Shown here: in pieces, positions 1-11,242 of the stretch | Layout: each line of letters starts with the position of its first letter | Numbering within the stretch: position 1 is the first letter of the stretch | Source: Eledone cirrhosa | Taxonomy: Eukaryota | NCBI GenBank assembly: GCA_964016885.1 | Contig: OZ024743.1 | Location: 146,754,001 to 146,818,000 of the forward strand | DNA: 64,000 nucleotides | Direction: 5' to 3' | Translations under genes and position numbers: made by a program | Notes under the pieces: model-generated | Told to the model about the DNA's origin: nothing | Database searches by the model: none | What the model saw: the letters and a program-made list of their open reading frames with translations, nothing else

Positions 1-215
1 GTCTGTGGAAATACAACTACAACCACAATATGACAGGAGGAAGAATGTGTGAATTTTCTCTTAGTTTATTGGTCGTTTTCTCATTCTTCACACTTTCCTG
101 ATTTTATTCTTTGTTTGTTTTGTTTTTTTATTAAAAAGTGAATCAATTTGTTTGTTGCATGGAGGACGTATATGAATAAATACATTTAATTAAAATCAGA
201 AAATTTATATGAATA

Positions 216-328
<113 letters not shown>

Positions 329-927
329 ATGTGTGTATGTGTGTGTGTGTGTATTAATAAGATAAATAAAGATGTCGTGTCTGATAAAATTACAGACACG
401 CGCCATATCGCCTGCAAAGGAAGCTCAAAGTAAAAAAAAAATCCGAGCTCTTATTATAAATTAAAAAAAACGAATGACATATATAAACATATCAAACATT
501 AAAACAGAAGATAATTTGCAAAGAATGTAAGAAAATATATTTACAAATGAGCAGTATATTGAAATTTAACAATAATATTAAACAGAAATATCTGACATTA
601 GATAACTATTTTACTCTCTCGTAGATAATTCTTTTATGGCTACAGAAATATGTTTCACCTTTCAAATGGTGAAGTTCAATAGTCAGTCAGGATCATCGGT
701 GAGAGAAAATCGAACTATATGAACTTACACAACTAAAGCAAATCTAAGGATTTCAGAAAATGCACATGTAGTTTCGAGAAAACCACTGCATCTCAGCTTT
801 GTCCATATGATATAAATAGGTATGTTGATGGCTAAAAATAGTAGCCAAAAAAAAAACAATTCTACATCTAGGTCTGTAATTAAAACCCTGTTTTTGATCT
901 TTCAAGGTGATATAACTTTATATTTAG

Positions 928-1260
928 CTAAGCTTTCAGTTCTTTTATTATCTTTAAGTATCTAGCGATGTATTTAGCTTCGTTATTAATATTATATGTA
1001 TTAGTTTTAGTTTTCTGATATATGTTAGTAATACTATTTAATAAGAGCTTATTATATTTATCTTTATCTACTTTGTATAAGTTTTTAGTTTTATCAGAGA
1101 AGACAAAAATAGTTCTAGACAATTCAATCTTATTAATATCATGCGAAAATTTAGTTTGGAAATTGTTATTGTACTCACGGAACTTATTATTATTCATTTG
1201 TAATAAATCTGCTTCGACAGAGGTAAGGCCTCTAACTCTACGAGGATATTTGATTGACAT
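928..1260 (-). pseudogene. Degenerate Penelope-like element RT N-terminal fragment
   Basis: Peptide FVFSDKTKNLYKVDKDKYNKLLLNSITNIYQK...INNEAKYIA resembles the ADK..N.Y....Y..LL...IT..Y region preceding PLE RTs. Flanks are broken. Confidence 0.55.
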
Positions 1261-1689
1261 GGTATTAAAATAAACTACAAACAGCTTGTGTCCTTCACCA
1301 CCCGGAAACTCATCTCCTCCTCTCCTCTACTCCTCTCACCATCACAAATCTTATAGTATGCATACATTACTTTCTTCCCGAGAAACATAAACCTAACAAT
1401 CCTGGCCGTCCTAATATTTTTGCTTGCAACACTGAAATATCTCTCAATAATTTGACACCCTCCTTGCCCTCTTTGTCACTAACTTCAACTTCCACATCCA
1501 CAACACTAATTATGTTCTTCGACTGTTCAACTTTCTCTCCTGGCCCTTCTCATCAGTCTTAACATTAATTTCATACATAGCAACTCTGTCACATTTGATC
1601 ACCACTGTAATGTTGGATAAATATGATTGACTTGAAGTGCCATTATCTGCTTACCCCTGTTTATCAACAACATATCGTGACACAACTCT

Positions 1690-2303
<614 letters not shown>

Positions 2304-2305
2304 AT

Positions 2306-2701
2306 GGAGGCACATGGCTTAGTGGTTAGAGCATTGGCCTTGCAATTGAAAGGTTGTGAGTTCAATTCTCAGACCGGGTGATGGGTTGTTTCCTTGAGCA
2401 AGACACTTTATTTCACATTGCTTATTCCAGTTTACTCAGCTGTAGAAATGAGATGATAGGGACTGGGGTCCCTATCATTCCACTGCAAAGTGGTCGCAGA
2501 GGTACCACAGCAAAAAAGCATCCAGCCCACACTGTAGAAGTGGATGTGTAGGCGCCACGGAAAAAAAGGACCCAGCACTCACTGTAAATGGGGTTGGTGT
2601 TAGGAAAGGCAACCAGCTGTAGAAATCAAGCCAGAATCAGTTCCCATCCCACCCTTGCAAGCAGGGAAAAGTGGACGTAAAATGATGATGATGATGATGA
2701 T
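2306..2701 (+). mobile_element. tRNA-derived SINE family B (RTE-type 3' end, (GAT)n tail)
   Basis: A-box tggcttagtgg and B-box gagttcaattc, then tccttgagcaagacactt, an internal hairpin, a 3' part matching the RTE 3' UTR and a (GAT)n tail. Second copy at 47357. Confidence 0.85.
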
Positions 2702-3319
2702 AAACAATGAGTTAAAAACTTAATTGATATGTAATCAACCGATAAGTATAGTAAAAAAATGTTCAAAATGTCTCTGCAAATTACATTATAAAGAAGACTA
2801 AAAGGTCACATCTTTTTACGTAAATCTGAAATACAGTATAAAATAAAAGTAGTCTTGATTATTTACTAACCAGTTTCAACTCCATCGAGTTTTTCAGAGT
2901 GCAAAAACAGAAGCTGCTTGTTTTACATTTAAAATTAGTAAAAAGATTTACTAGATTATCTGTTTCACATTTTTGACATAGAAGTAAAACAGTGAATTAC
3001 TTCATAATATTGGTATGTTTATAATTTCTGGCTTGTTATAATATGTATTATACTTGATTGTATAGTATTCTTAATCCATAATAATATATCTTACTTTCTT
3101 TTTGGTGTCCTTTATAACTATATTTTTATCTAAGTTTTAATGAGTTAGATGGTTGCATTGTTGTCTAGTTGAATTAGATTTTAATTGTCTTCTTTCTATT
3201 GTTTTGAAATATATTCACAAAAGCCATAAACGATTACATTTCAACCTTTTCTTAGGTGGTATTCACTTTTATTTTTAACTAAAGATTCCTCATTGCTTTC
3301 TTCAAATAATTTTACAGTA

Positions 3320-3503
3320 TTCTACTTTTGGCACAAGGCCAGCAATTATCCCAGTGTATTACTGGTACTTTATTTTATCGACCCCGTAAGGATGAAAGGC
3401 AAAGTTAACCTCGGCGGGATTTGAATTCAGTCCGTAAGGGGACGTAACTGTGCTGCAAAGCTTAGCGTCCGACCCTCTACCGATACTGCCAAGCCACCGC
3501 CCT
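3320..3503 (-). mobile_element. tRNA-derived SINE family A, short form, near full length
   Basis: Matches about 30 other copies: head tggcagtatcggtaga, body ttgcctttcatccttacggggtcgataaaataaagtacc. TSD cagtattct. Confidence 0.9.
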
Positions 3504-4606
3504 CAGTATTCTTAAATAATATCTTTAATTTCCAGTATATTTTTGAGGAGTAAATGTCTGTCATTTATTGAGTATGTAGACTTATATGGATATTAATATT
3601 TTAAATAACTGATTAATTAATTTCCCTTTCTTGAAATTGAGATCCATCTCATGTCCCTTTACTTCATCTTTTGGTCTAAAAAACGATTATTAGCATTTTT
3701 TGTAATTGTTTCTGTAGGTACTGTGTATTTTAGGTTTGTATATTTCATTATGTTCTTTGTAGTTATTTCATACAAAACGACAGTTTCATCTAAAATTATC
3801 TGTTTCCTTGATTTTGGAACCTGTGTCTTTTGAAGTTTGGATTCCTGCTTGAATGGGAGGGTCTCTTTGAAAATATTTAGTTCTCATGTTGTCAAATGTT
3901 CTGTCTAACCTTGGTCTATTTTGATTTTGTCTTTGAAAATTGGGACTTTATTGTCGTGTTTGTTGAATGGCTTCCACATAGCATTTCTCATTATTGTTTT
4001 TTCTACAAGAAAGCGTATTCCTTTTTAAAATGCCCCCCATAGTTTAAAAAAACAACAACTTTTGCTATTTTCCCCATCCTGCTATCAACTCTTTGTTCTT
4101 GCATTCTTTTCTCCATAATTTGCAGCAAAAGTTTGTGAAAATTATCTTGGTATTTGCACATGACAAGAAAACCAGTCTTTACAATATGCATATTAAAACA
4201 ATTTTTGAATGGTAATAATGTAGTGGTAGTAGGTGCATAATGTTTGTAAAAATGTGTGGTTGTACTGACATCTCCCACATCACCAATTTCATCTCCATTG
4301 TTTCATCTCCATTGTACACTTGAGAAATCGGAGATCTTTCACATTTAATCAAATCATTTAACCTTTTCTTTAAAATTTCCTCAGCTTAATAATGTAATTA
4401 CTCATTCTATGGCGATTTCTAACCACTGATCAGTAGCATTGAGATTCTTAATGTTTAGATAGCTTGTTAAAGAAGTCTAAGTAAGATTTTGGAGGTCTTA
4501 ATTTTATTTAGAATGTTATATTTCTACCATGCAGGGCTGACAGTAGAGTAATACTCGTTCTATGATTTTTCCATTTTGATAATCTGTATTCATACATACA
4601 CATATA

Positions 4607-4974
4607 CAGGGAGTCCCCAAAGAATTTATATACAAAAAATCTTTAAAAAATGCATTAAAATAAATTCTGTTTTATATGCATTATTTAAATTATATGGTGG
4701 ATTGGCAGTATCGGTAGAGGATCAGTCACCATGCTTTGCAGCATAGAGTTATGGCCCTTTATGTTCTGAGTTCAAATCCCACCGAGGTTAACTTTGCCTT
4801 TCATCCTTATGGGCTCGATAAAATAAAGTACCAGTAATGCATTGGGTAATTGTTTGCCTTGTGCCCAAAATAAAAACAATTATTTAAATTATGTAAACAT
4901 TTTTGGGTGTTTACATACAATTAAATTATGTCTGTACAGGTAATGAAAGTGTGTATACGTTTTTTTGGGACACC

Positions 4975-4977
<3 letters not shown>
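4607..4977. mobile_element. Tc1/mariner-type MITE containing a nested SINE A (4697-4882)
   Basis: Termini CAGGGAGTCCCC / GGGACACCATG. An uninterrupted sibling lies at 33576-33677. The SINE is flanked by TSD ttatttaaattat. Confidence 0.65.
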
Positions 4978-5034
<57 letters not shown>

Positions 5035-5037
<3 letters not shown>

Positions 5038-5259
5038 ATATCAGAAGGTTATGAAATCAATACTACTACAAGTACTGGGGGAGGGGAAAGTTGATTAAAT
5101 CAAATCCAGTGCATTACTGGTACTTTATTTTATTGACCCCATAAGAAAGAAAGGCAAAGCTAACCTCGGTGGGATTTGAACTCAGAATATAAAGGGCCAT
5201 AACTCTATGCTACGAAGCATGATGTCTGACACTTTACTGATACTGACACTCCACCACAA
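5035..5259 (-). mobile_element. SINE family A, long form
   Basis: Same core, plus the extra gatttaatcaactttcccctccc segment. Confidence 0.8.
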
Positions 5260-5288
5260 AATAATAATAATAATAATAATAATAATAA

Positions 5289-7469
5289 GGTCCATATGGT
5301 GTGCAATGATATTGGATAAAAAATAACATCCCTCCACCAAAAACTGACAGCCATGTACAATAACAGCTTGATGTCGGGTGAAGTACCAGCATGGTTGACA
5401 AAAGGTACCACCTTCTTGTAATGAAAGACTGAATCAAGGGTCTTTCATTACTACTAAAGTTACCAACTAAAGGTCTATCACATGTCTGTCCCTAATGTGG
5501 AAACTGTTAAAAAGCATTGTGTCTGAGGAAATCTACTATCACCTCAACATAAACAACTTGTTACTGGACGAACAGAAACGATGCCGAAAAAAGTCCCGTA
5601 GTACAAAAGACCAGTTACTTATTGATAAGATGGTAATGAGGAATTGTAAGAGGAGGCATACTGGTCTTGCCATGGGATGAATAGATTAGAAAAAGACATT
5701 TGACATGGTACCTCATTCTTGGATAACCAAAAGCCTAGAAATCTTCAAGGTGGCAGACAACATCAGACAGCTATTAAGTAAAAGTATGAAGTCCTGGGAA
5801 ACAGAGCTAACATCAGGTGGAGAATCCTTGGGAGGCGTGAAGATCAAGAGAGACATCTTCCAGCGAGATAGTTTGTCTCCTTTGTTGTATGTCCTTACTC
5901 TCATACCCTAGTCCCTCATATTGCAAAAAGTGAGAGCAGGATACAAGCTGGGAAGAGGAGAGCTTACCATCAACCACCTCCTCTCATGGACGATCTTAAA
6001 CTCTTTGGGAAGAGTGAGAAGGAGTTGGATGTACTTGTTGACACTGTGCGTATTTTCAGCAATGATATATGTATGGAATTTGGTGCTAATAAGTGTGGAG
6101 TCCTAGTGATGAAGAGGGGTAAATTGAGCAGAAGCAACGGAATCCAGGTACCAACAGGTAAGATGATAAAGGAAATTGACACTGAAGAGGGATAAAATAT
6201 TTAGGTGTTCTGGAGGCAGATGACATCAAGAACAAAAAATAAAGGAATTGATAAGATCTGAATACATAAGGAAAGTAAGGAACATACTAAAATCACATCT
6301 AAATAGTAGGAATGTCATAAGTGCAGTAAATTCCTGAGCTGTGTCTATTATTAGGTACAGTGCGGGAATTCTGAAATGGAATGTTACTGAACAAAAAAGA
6401 AATGGATAGGAAGACTAGGAAGTTAATGACTATCTACAACATATTCCAAAAGAGGAGTGATGTTGATAGAATCTACTTAAATAGATCTGAAGGTGGAAGA
6501 GGTCTTATCAACATAGAGGACTTTGTTCAGATGGAGAAAAACAGTGTGCACAAATGTGTCTGACAATAGGGAGCCAATGCTCAAAATTGTACTGAAGCAG
6601 AAGACAAAGGACCAGGGCGTGTCCAAGGAGGAAATAACAACAAGGAAGAAGAGCAATCTTCATAAAAAATCCCTTCATAGCACCTTCTTTAAGAAAACGG
6701 AATTCAGAGATCCACAGACATGGAACTGGTTAAAAAGAGGAGACCTTAAAAAAGCTACAGAAGGAATGCTAATGGCTGTGCAAGAGCAAGCCCTCAGAAC
6801 GAAGTGGGTGAAACACCATATTAACAAGGAGGAGGCTAGCCCACTGTATATGATCTGTGGAGAGAGAGAGGAGACTATGGCTCACATTGTATCCGAGTGT
6901 AAACACCTGGCCCAGACTCACTATAAAGGCTGGAGGCATGATGTGATAGGCAGGGTGATCCACTGGCATCTATGCAAACTAAACAATTTACCACATTCTG
7001 AGAAGTGGTATGAGCAAAAGCCAGAATCGGTGATAGAAAACGATCAAGTGAAGGTGCAATGGGATTTTAGGATACAGACGGACAATAAATTTGAACACAA
7101 TAGGCCTGACCTGGTGGTTTTTGAGAACGGAAAAAGATTGTGTCTGATTGTAGATGTAGCCTGCCCATTTGTGCAAGAAAAGAAGAGGGAGAAAATTAAC
7201 CGATACCAGGACTTAAATTGGCTGTTAAAAAGGATTTGGAACTGTCGTCCCGATTGTCATAGGAGCACTAGGTACTATCTCAAAGAATTTCCAAGGATGG
7301 TTAAAGAAGATTAGTCCAGCCCCATTGTTTGGAACACTTCAAAAAGCATGCTTGCTGGGAACAGCAAGAAACCTCCGATACGTCATGAATGTTTAAGGCT
7401 GCATGTAGCGGCTTGATATTCATTTCAACAAACTTTCCAGTTAAATAACATCAATGACTGAGACTCAAA

Positions 7470-7470
<1 letters not shown>
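5289..7470 (+). mobile_element. R4/Dong-like non-LTR retrotransposon (RT + RLE), 5'-truncated and degenerate
   Basis: Motifs across broken ORFs: TKDQLLIDK, IFQRDSLSPLL, (F)MDDLKL, GGRGL, zinc-knuckle remnant ICGEREETMAHIVSEC, RHD, RPDLVV...IVDVACP...EKINRY. (AAT)n on both sides. Confidence 0.9.

Positions 7471-7524
<54 letters not shown>
7471..7524. repeat. (AAT)18, shared tail of the Dong-like (+) and Tx1 (-) elements
   Basis: Directly read. Confidence 0.97.
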
Positions 7525-7526
<2 letters not shown>

Positions 7527-7787
7527 TTTCTTTATTAACCACAAGGGTTTACATAAAGTAGACATTAAGGACAGTGCAGGACAATGCAGGACGGTACAAA
7601 TGGGCATTTCTGCGTGTAAAAAAAACAAAAATAGAGGATGTAACAAAAATAACAATGAAAATAACAATGAAAAATTCCCCAATAGGGGGGAGACTTCGGA
7701 GGGACATTTGTGGAGAAAGCCCAGTAAAAAGCCACAATGACCCTGACCACCAAGGCAAGTGCCCTCTCCCAGTTTTCCACCTTTAGT

Positions 7788-10700
7788 TTACAGATATATA
7801 CTCAGAGTCGGCCCATTCACTCGGGCCATTCTTGCTTCTCTCACCCATCTTTCAACAAAATGCTGGGAAGAGAGCACTTCCTTCTCTACTCTGATTTTCC
7901 TTTTCAAATGAAATTTGAAAAAGTCAATCAGAGCATCACCGAAGAGGTAAGTGCTCGTCTTCAGCCCTTTCAAACGTGTCCACCATACTATCTCTTTCGC
8001 CATGGCCACCAGACAGATAAAAACTGCCTGCCCTTCCCGGCTAAAGGAGGAGGGCGGGGCAATCCTCACGATAGACTCAGATGATAGCTGGATCCGTCCT
8101 AAACGCGACAGCAGGTGTTCGACATAAACCCACAAGTCAGCAATTTTCGGACACTGGACGAGTGCGTGCAGGACGGTTTCGTCGCCCTGCGCGCATCTCG
8201 GACATGCCCGGCTGACGGCACCTCCATGCCTGTAGAGTTTATCCCGAACTGGCAAGGCTCCTCGGTAGCACTGCCAGGCCAGAGATTTCTGGAAGTTGTC
8301 CATAGGCCCTGGCCCGAAGGTTCTTCCGAAGAGATTGGCTAGTTGATTTTCGTCGACGCCTAGAGTTTCCCCAAGTACGTCGTCGCTCTTCCCCTCCACT
8401 AATCCTCTATAGAACGCCGAGGTGGAGTTTCCACCGATCACATTGCCCGATTGGTCGAGGGCTGTGAGCGCCTGAAGACATTCCAGTCTCCAGGCGCTCC
8501 CTCTCGGTCTTCGCTTGACCCAGGACTGCAGCTCCGTCAAGGAAACGAGCTGGGGAAAAACGCGTCTAGCAAACGGCGACCACACCTGATCACCGTCGAG
8601 GAAGAGGTGGAGATGTCGTAGCCTGAGCGCGTGCCTGCGCATCATCAGCCACGGCATGCCCAGCCCTCCACGTAGCGGGTGTTGACAACAGATGGACCGC
8701 CTGACCATCGGAGCACGTCCCTTCCACAAAAAGCGAAAGAGCAAACGCTCCAGCGCAGTCAGGCGAGGCTTAGGACAAGGTACGACGGTTAGGCGGTAGC
8801 AGATGACAGACGCGATGTACGCGTTAGCCACCTCCGCTCGACCTTTCAGGGATAGCTTCCTCTCCGCCCATTTCTGGGTGAGAGAAGCCACCCTGCTCGT
8901 CACCTCGTCCCAGTTTTTGTCCGTCTGGAGGTCCGGACCGAACCAGACCCCTAGCAATTTAACCGGTCCGTCCGTCCAGCGCCCGACGACGCTGTTGGAC
9001 GGCATGGACCTGCCTCTCCAGGTGCCGAGCTGCAGGCCCACTGACTTTTCCTGGTTGATCATTGCTCCTGTCACCGCTTCGTATTCTCTTAGTGTAGTGC
9101 CGATCGCCTCGATGTGTTTGGCGTTCGACACCACTACGGTGACATCGTCCGCATATGCTGACACGGATCTTCCGCATCCTAGTTCGCGCGGGACTCCCCT
9201 CAACGTCTCCAGTTTGTGCAGTAATGGCTCGAGAGTCAATACGTACAAGAGGGACGAGAGGGGACATCCTTGGCGGACCGAGCGCATGATGTTGAACGGT
9301 TCCGACAGGTGACCGTTCACTCTCACCACAGAGCAGATGTCGCTGTGCATGGCAGCGATCCAGCCTCTGAAGACGGGCCCAAAGCCAGCCGCCCTCAGGA
9401 CTGCCGCTAGGTAACGATGGTCGACCCTATCGAAAGCTTTCGACTGATCTAAATTGATCAAGGACCCACCCGTGCCAGGTTCCCTAGCTACCCTCTCTAC
9501 GATGTATCGCATGAGGTGGAGGTTGTCGTGGATGGATCTGTCGGGAATGGCGCATGTCTGCGCCTCTCCCACCAGACCACCAACGACAAGCGCCAACCTC
9601 TTTGCTAGCACCTTGGCCAAAATCTTAAACTCTGTGTTTAGCAGAGTTATGGGCCGGAAATTGTCTATGTTATCCCCCTTGTTCGGATCCTTTCTCAGCA
9701 GTGCCACCGCTCCTCGGCTCACAGAACTGGGAATTCTCCCGTTCTGTTGCCAGTTGCAGTAGACGTCCGCCAAGAGGCCTCCGAACAAGTCTGGCATCTG
9801 TACGTAAAGTTCATAGGGCAGACCATCCAAACCAGGCGATTTACCCCTTGTGCAGCCAGTCATTGCCTCCCTTACTTCAGCGGCTGTTATCGGCTTTTCG
9901 CAACACTTCGCCTCAGTGGCCGAGAGCCGCGGCAGTCCGTCGAGGTAGACACTAAAGTCCATCCCTCTACCCGGCCCCCCGCTGCCCCCGAACAGCTGAG
10001 CGAAGTGTCGCTGAAAAGCTTCACACATTTGCCCGGGATCGAGTAGCATGCGCCCGTCGTGGTCCACCAAAGACCGGATCGTGGCTTTGTTGCCACGACG
10101 CGCCTCCGCCACTCGGGCCCATTGAACGGCTTTCGTCCCCTCGTGTCTGAGAGCACGCACCCTAGCTCTGACAACGCAGCCTTCGTGCTTTGCATTGAAG
10201 AATTGGTCAAGGGCCAATTTCGCCGCAAGCACGTCGGTCGCAATGCCTTTGCTAAGCGCCTCGTCTAATTTTCTAACTAGTTCTCCCTCTGCTCTATTTT
10301 TCTCTATTGCTAAAGCCTTACTAAACCTAATCGATTCTATTCTAATCGCTCTTTTCAGAGCAAACCACCACTTGTTGTTGACGATGGCCCCCGTCAACGC
10401 CCGCTTAACTAGTTCGCTAATCCGGTCTCTGTAGGCCTTGCGCGCTGGTAAGGACGCGTTTAGCTTCCAGTAGCCGGGTCCTCGTCTATGAAGCCTATCT
10501 AAGTCAAGCACACAGATCACGAATTTGTGGTCCGTGTAGCTGACTATCTTGAATTGTGGACAGCCTATGCTAGACCTATCTATTTCCCTACAAAATACTC
10601 TATCTAGATATGATCTGGATGACCCTATGCGGTTTGTCCAAGTCCACATTGGCACATTCGGGAAATCCAATCGGTACCTGTCAGACAGTTCAAAACGCCT

Positions 10701-11207
10701 GAGCAGGTTGGTGAGGCTCTTGCACCCTCCACCCCTATCCGCTAATCCCACACAGTCCCAGCGTGCATCTAAGATCCCGTTCCAGTCGCCCACTAACACT
10801 AAAGAGCGCGACGTTCCAAGAAAGGTCTCCAGACGCCGGAAGAAATCAGGCCGCCCTGCTCCTGTCGGGGCATAGACGGCCACTAGCCTGAAAGCTTGCC
10901 CGTCTCCGCTGGTCACGTCCAGCACCACCAGCTTACCCTCTGGGTCCAGGAAGATGGCCCGTATGGCGAGATCCAAACCTCTCCGAAAAAGCACAGCAAC
11001 TCCTCCACCCGATCCAGGACGGCTGGGAGATGCGTACACATCGTAGCCGCCGAAGATCGGTGCGAAGGCCCGTGCTTCGGAGATTCTGGTCTCGCTGATG
11101 GCCACTACATCTATGTTTAGTGACCTGAGGTCGTTGAGCAGGTGACCCTGCTTCCATGACGACCCCAAGCCACGCGCATTTATGCTGCCTATTCTGAGTG
11201 AGGTCAT
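7788..11207 (-). CDS. LINE ORF2p: APE endonuclease + reverse transcriptase + C-terminal Cys/His motif (1139 aa)
   Basis: APE motifs SINARGL, SET, VYAP, GDWN, SYLDR, YTDH. RT motifs KSPGLDG, FRPITLLN, DQSKAFDRV, RQGCPLS, YADD, KLLGV. C-terminal CPRC..ETVLHALVQC. No stops or frameshifts. Confidence 0.97.
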   Translation of the reverse strand: MTSLRIGSINARGLGSSWKQGHLLNDLRSLNIDVVAISETRISEARAFAPIFGGYDVYASPSRPGSGGGVAVLFRRGLDLAIRAIFLDPEGKLVVLDVTSGDGQAFRLVAVYAPTGAGRPDFFRRLETFLGTSRSLVLVGDWNGILDARWDCVGLADRGGGCKSLTNLLRRFELSDRYRLDFPNVPMWTWTNRIGSSRSYLDRVFCREIDRSSIGCPQFKIVSYTDHKFVICVLDLDRLHRRGPGYWKLNASLPARKAYRDRISELVKRALTGAIVNNKWWFALKRAIRIESIRFSKALAIEKNRAEGELVRKLDEALSKGIATDVLAAKLALDQFFNAKHEGCVVRARVRALRHEGTKAVQWARVAEARRGNKATIRSLVDHDGRMLLDPGQMCEAFQRHFAQLFGGSGGPGRGMDFSVYLDGLPRLSATEAKCCEKPITAAEVREAMTGCTRGKSPGLDGLPYELYVQMPDLFGGLLADVYCNWQQNGRIPSSVSRGAVALLRKDPNKGDNIDNFRPITLLNTEFKILAKVLAKRLALVVGGLVGEAQTCAIPDRSIHDNLHLMRYIVERVAREPGTGGSLINLDQSKAFDRVDHRYLAAVLRAAGFGPVFRGWIAAMHSDICSVVRVNGHLSEPFNIMRSVRQGCPLSSLLYVLTLEPLLHKLETLRGVPRELGCGRSVSAYADDVTVVVSNAKHIEAIGTTLREYEAVTGAMINQEKSVGLQLGTWRGRSMPSNSVVGRWTDGPVKLLGVWFGPDLQTDKNWDEVTSRVASLTQKWAERKLSLKGRAEVANAYIASVICYRLTVVPCPKPRLTALERLLFRFLWKGRAPMVRRSICCQHPLRGGLGMPWLMMRRHALRLRHLHLFLDGDQVWSPFARRVFPQLVSLTELQSWVKRRPRGSAWRLECLQALTALDQSGNVIGGNSTSAFYRGLVEGKSDDVLGETLGVDENQLANLFGRTFGPGPMDNFQKSLAWQCYRGALPVRDKLYRHGGAVSRACPRCAQGDETVLHALVQCPKIADLWVYVEHLLSRLGRIQLSSESIVRIAPPSSFSREGQAVFICLVAMAKEIVWWTRLKGLKTSTYLFGDALIDFFKFHLKRKIRVEKEVLSSQHFVERWVREARMARVNGPTLSIYL

Positions 11208-11242
11208 GTTTAAAATAGAGTGGAAAAGATGGGAAAGACCAC

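Noticed and set aside
2306-2378. tRNA gene candidates at SINE heads (also 47357, 47039)
   Set aside because: No complete acceptor stem. They continue into SINE bodies present in multiple copies.
2862-2900. Hammerhead-like remnant on the minus strand (CTGAAAA-ACTC/GAGT-TGAAA)
   Set aside because: Core G8 is missing and stems I and III are weak. At best a dead PLE relic.
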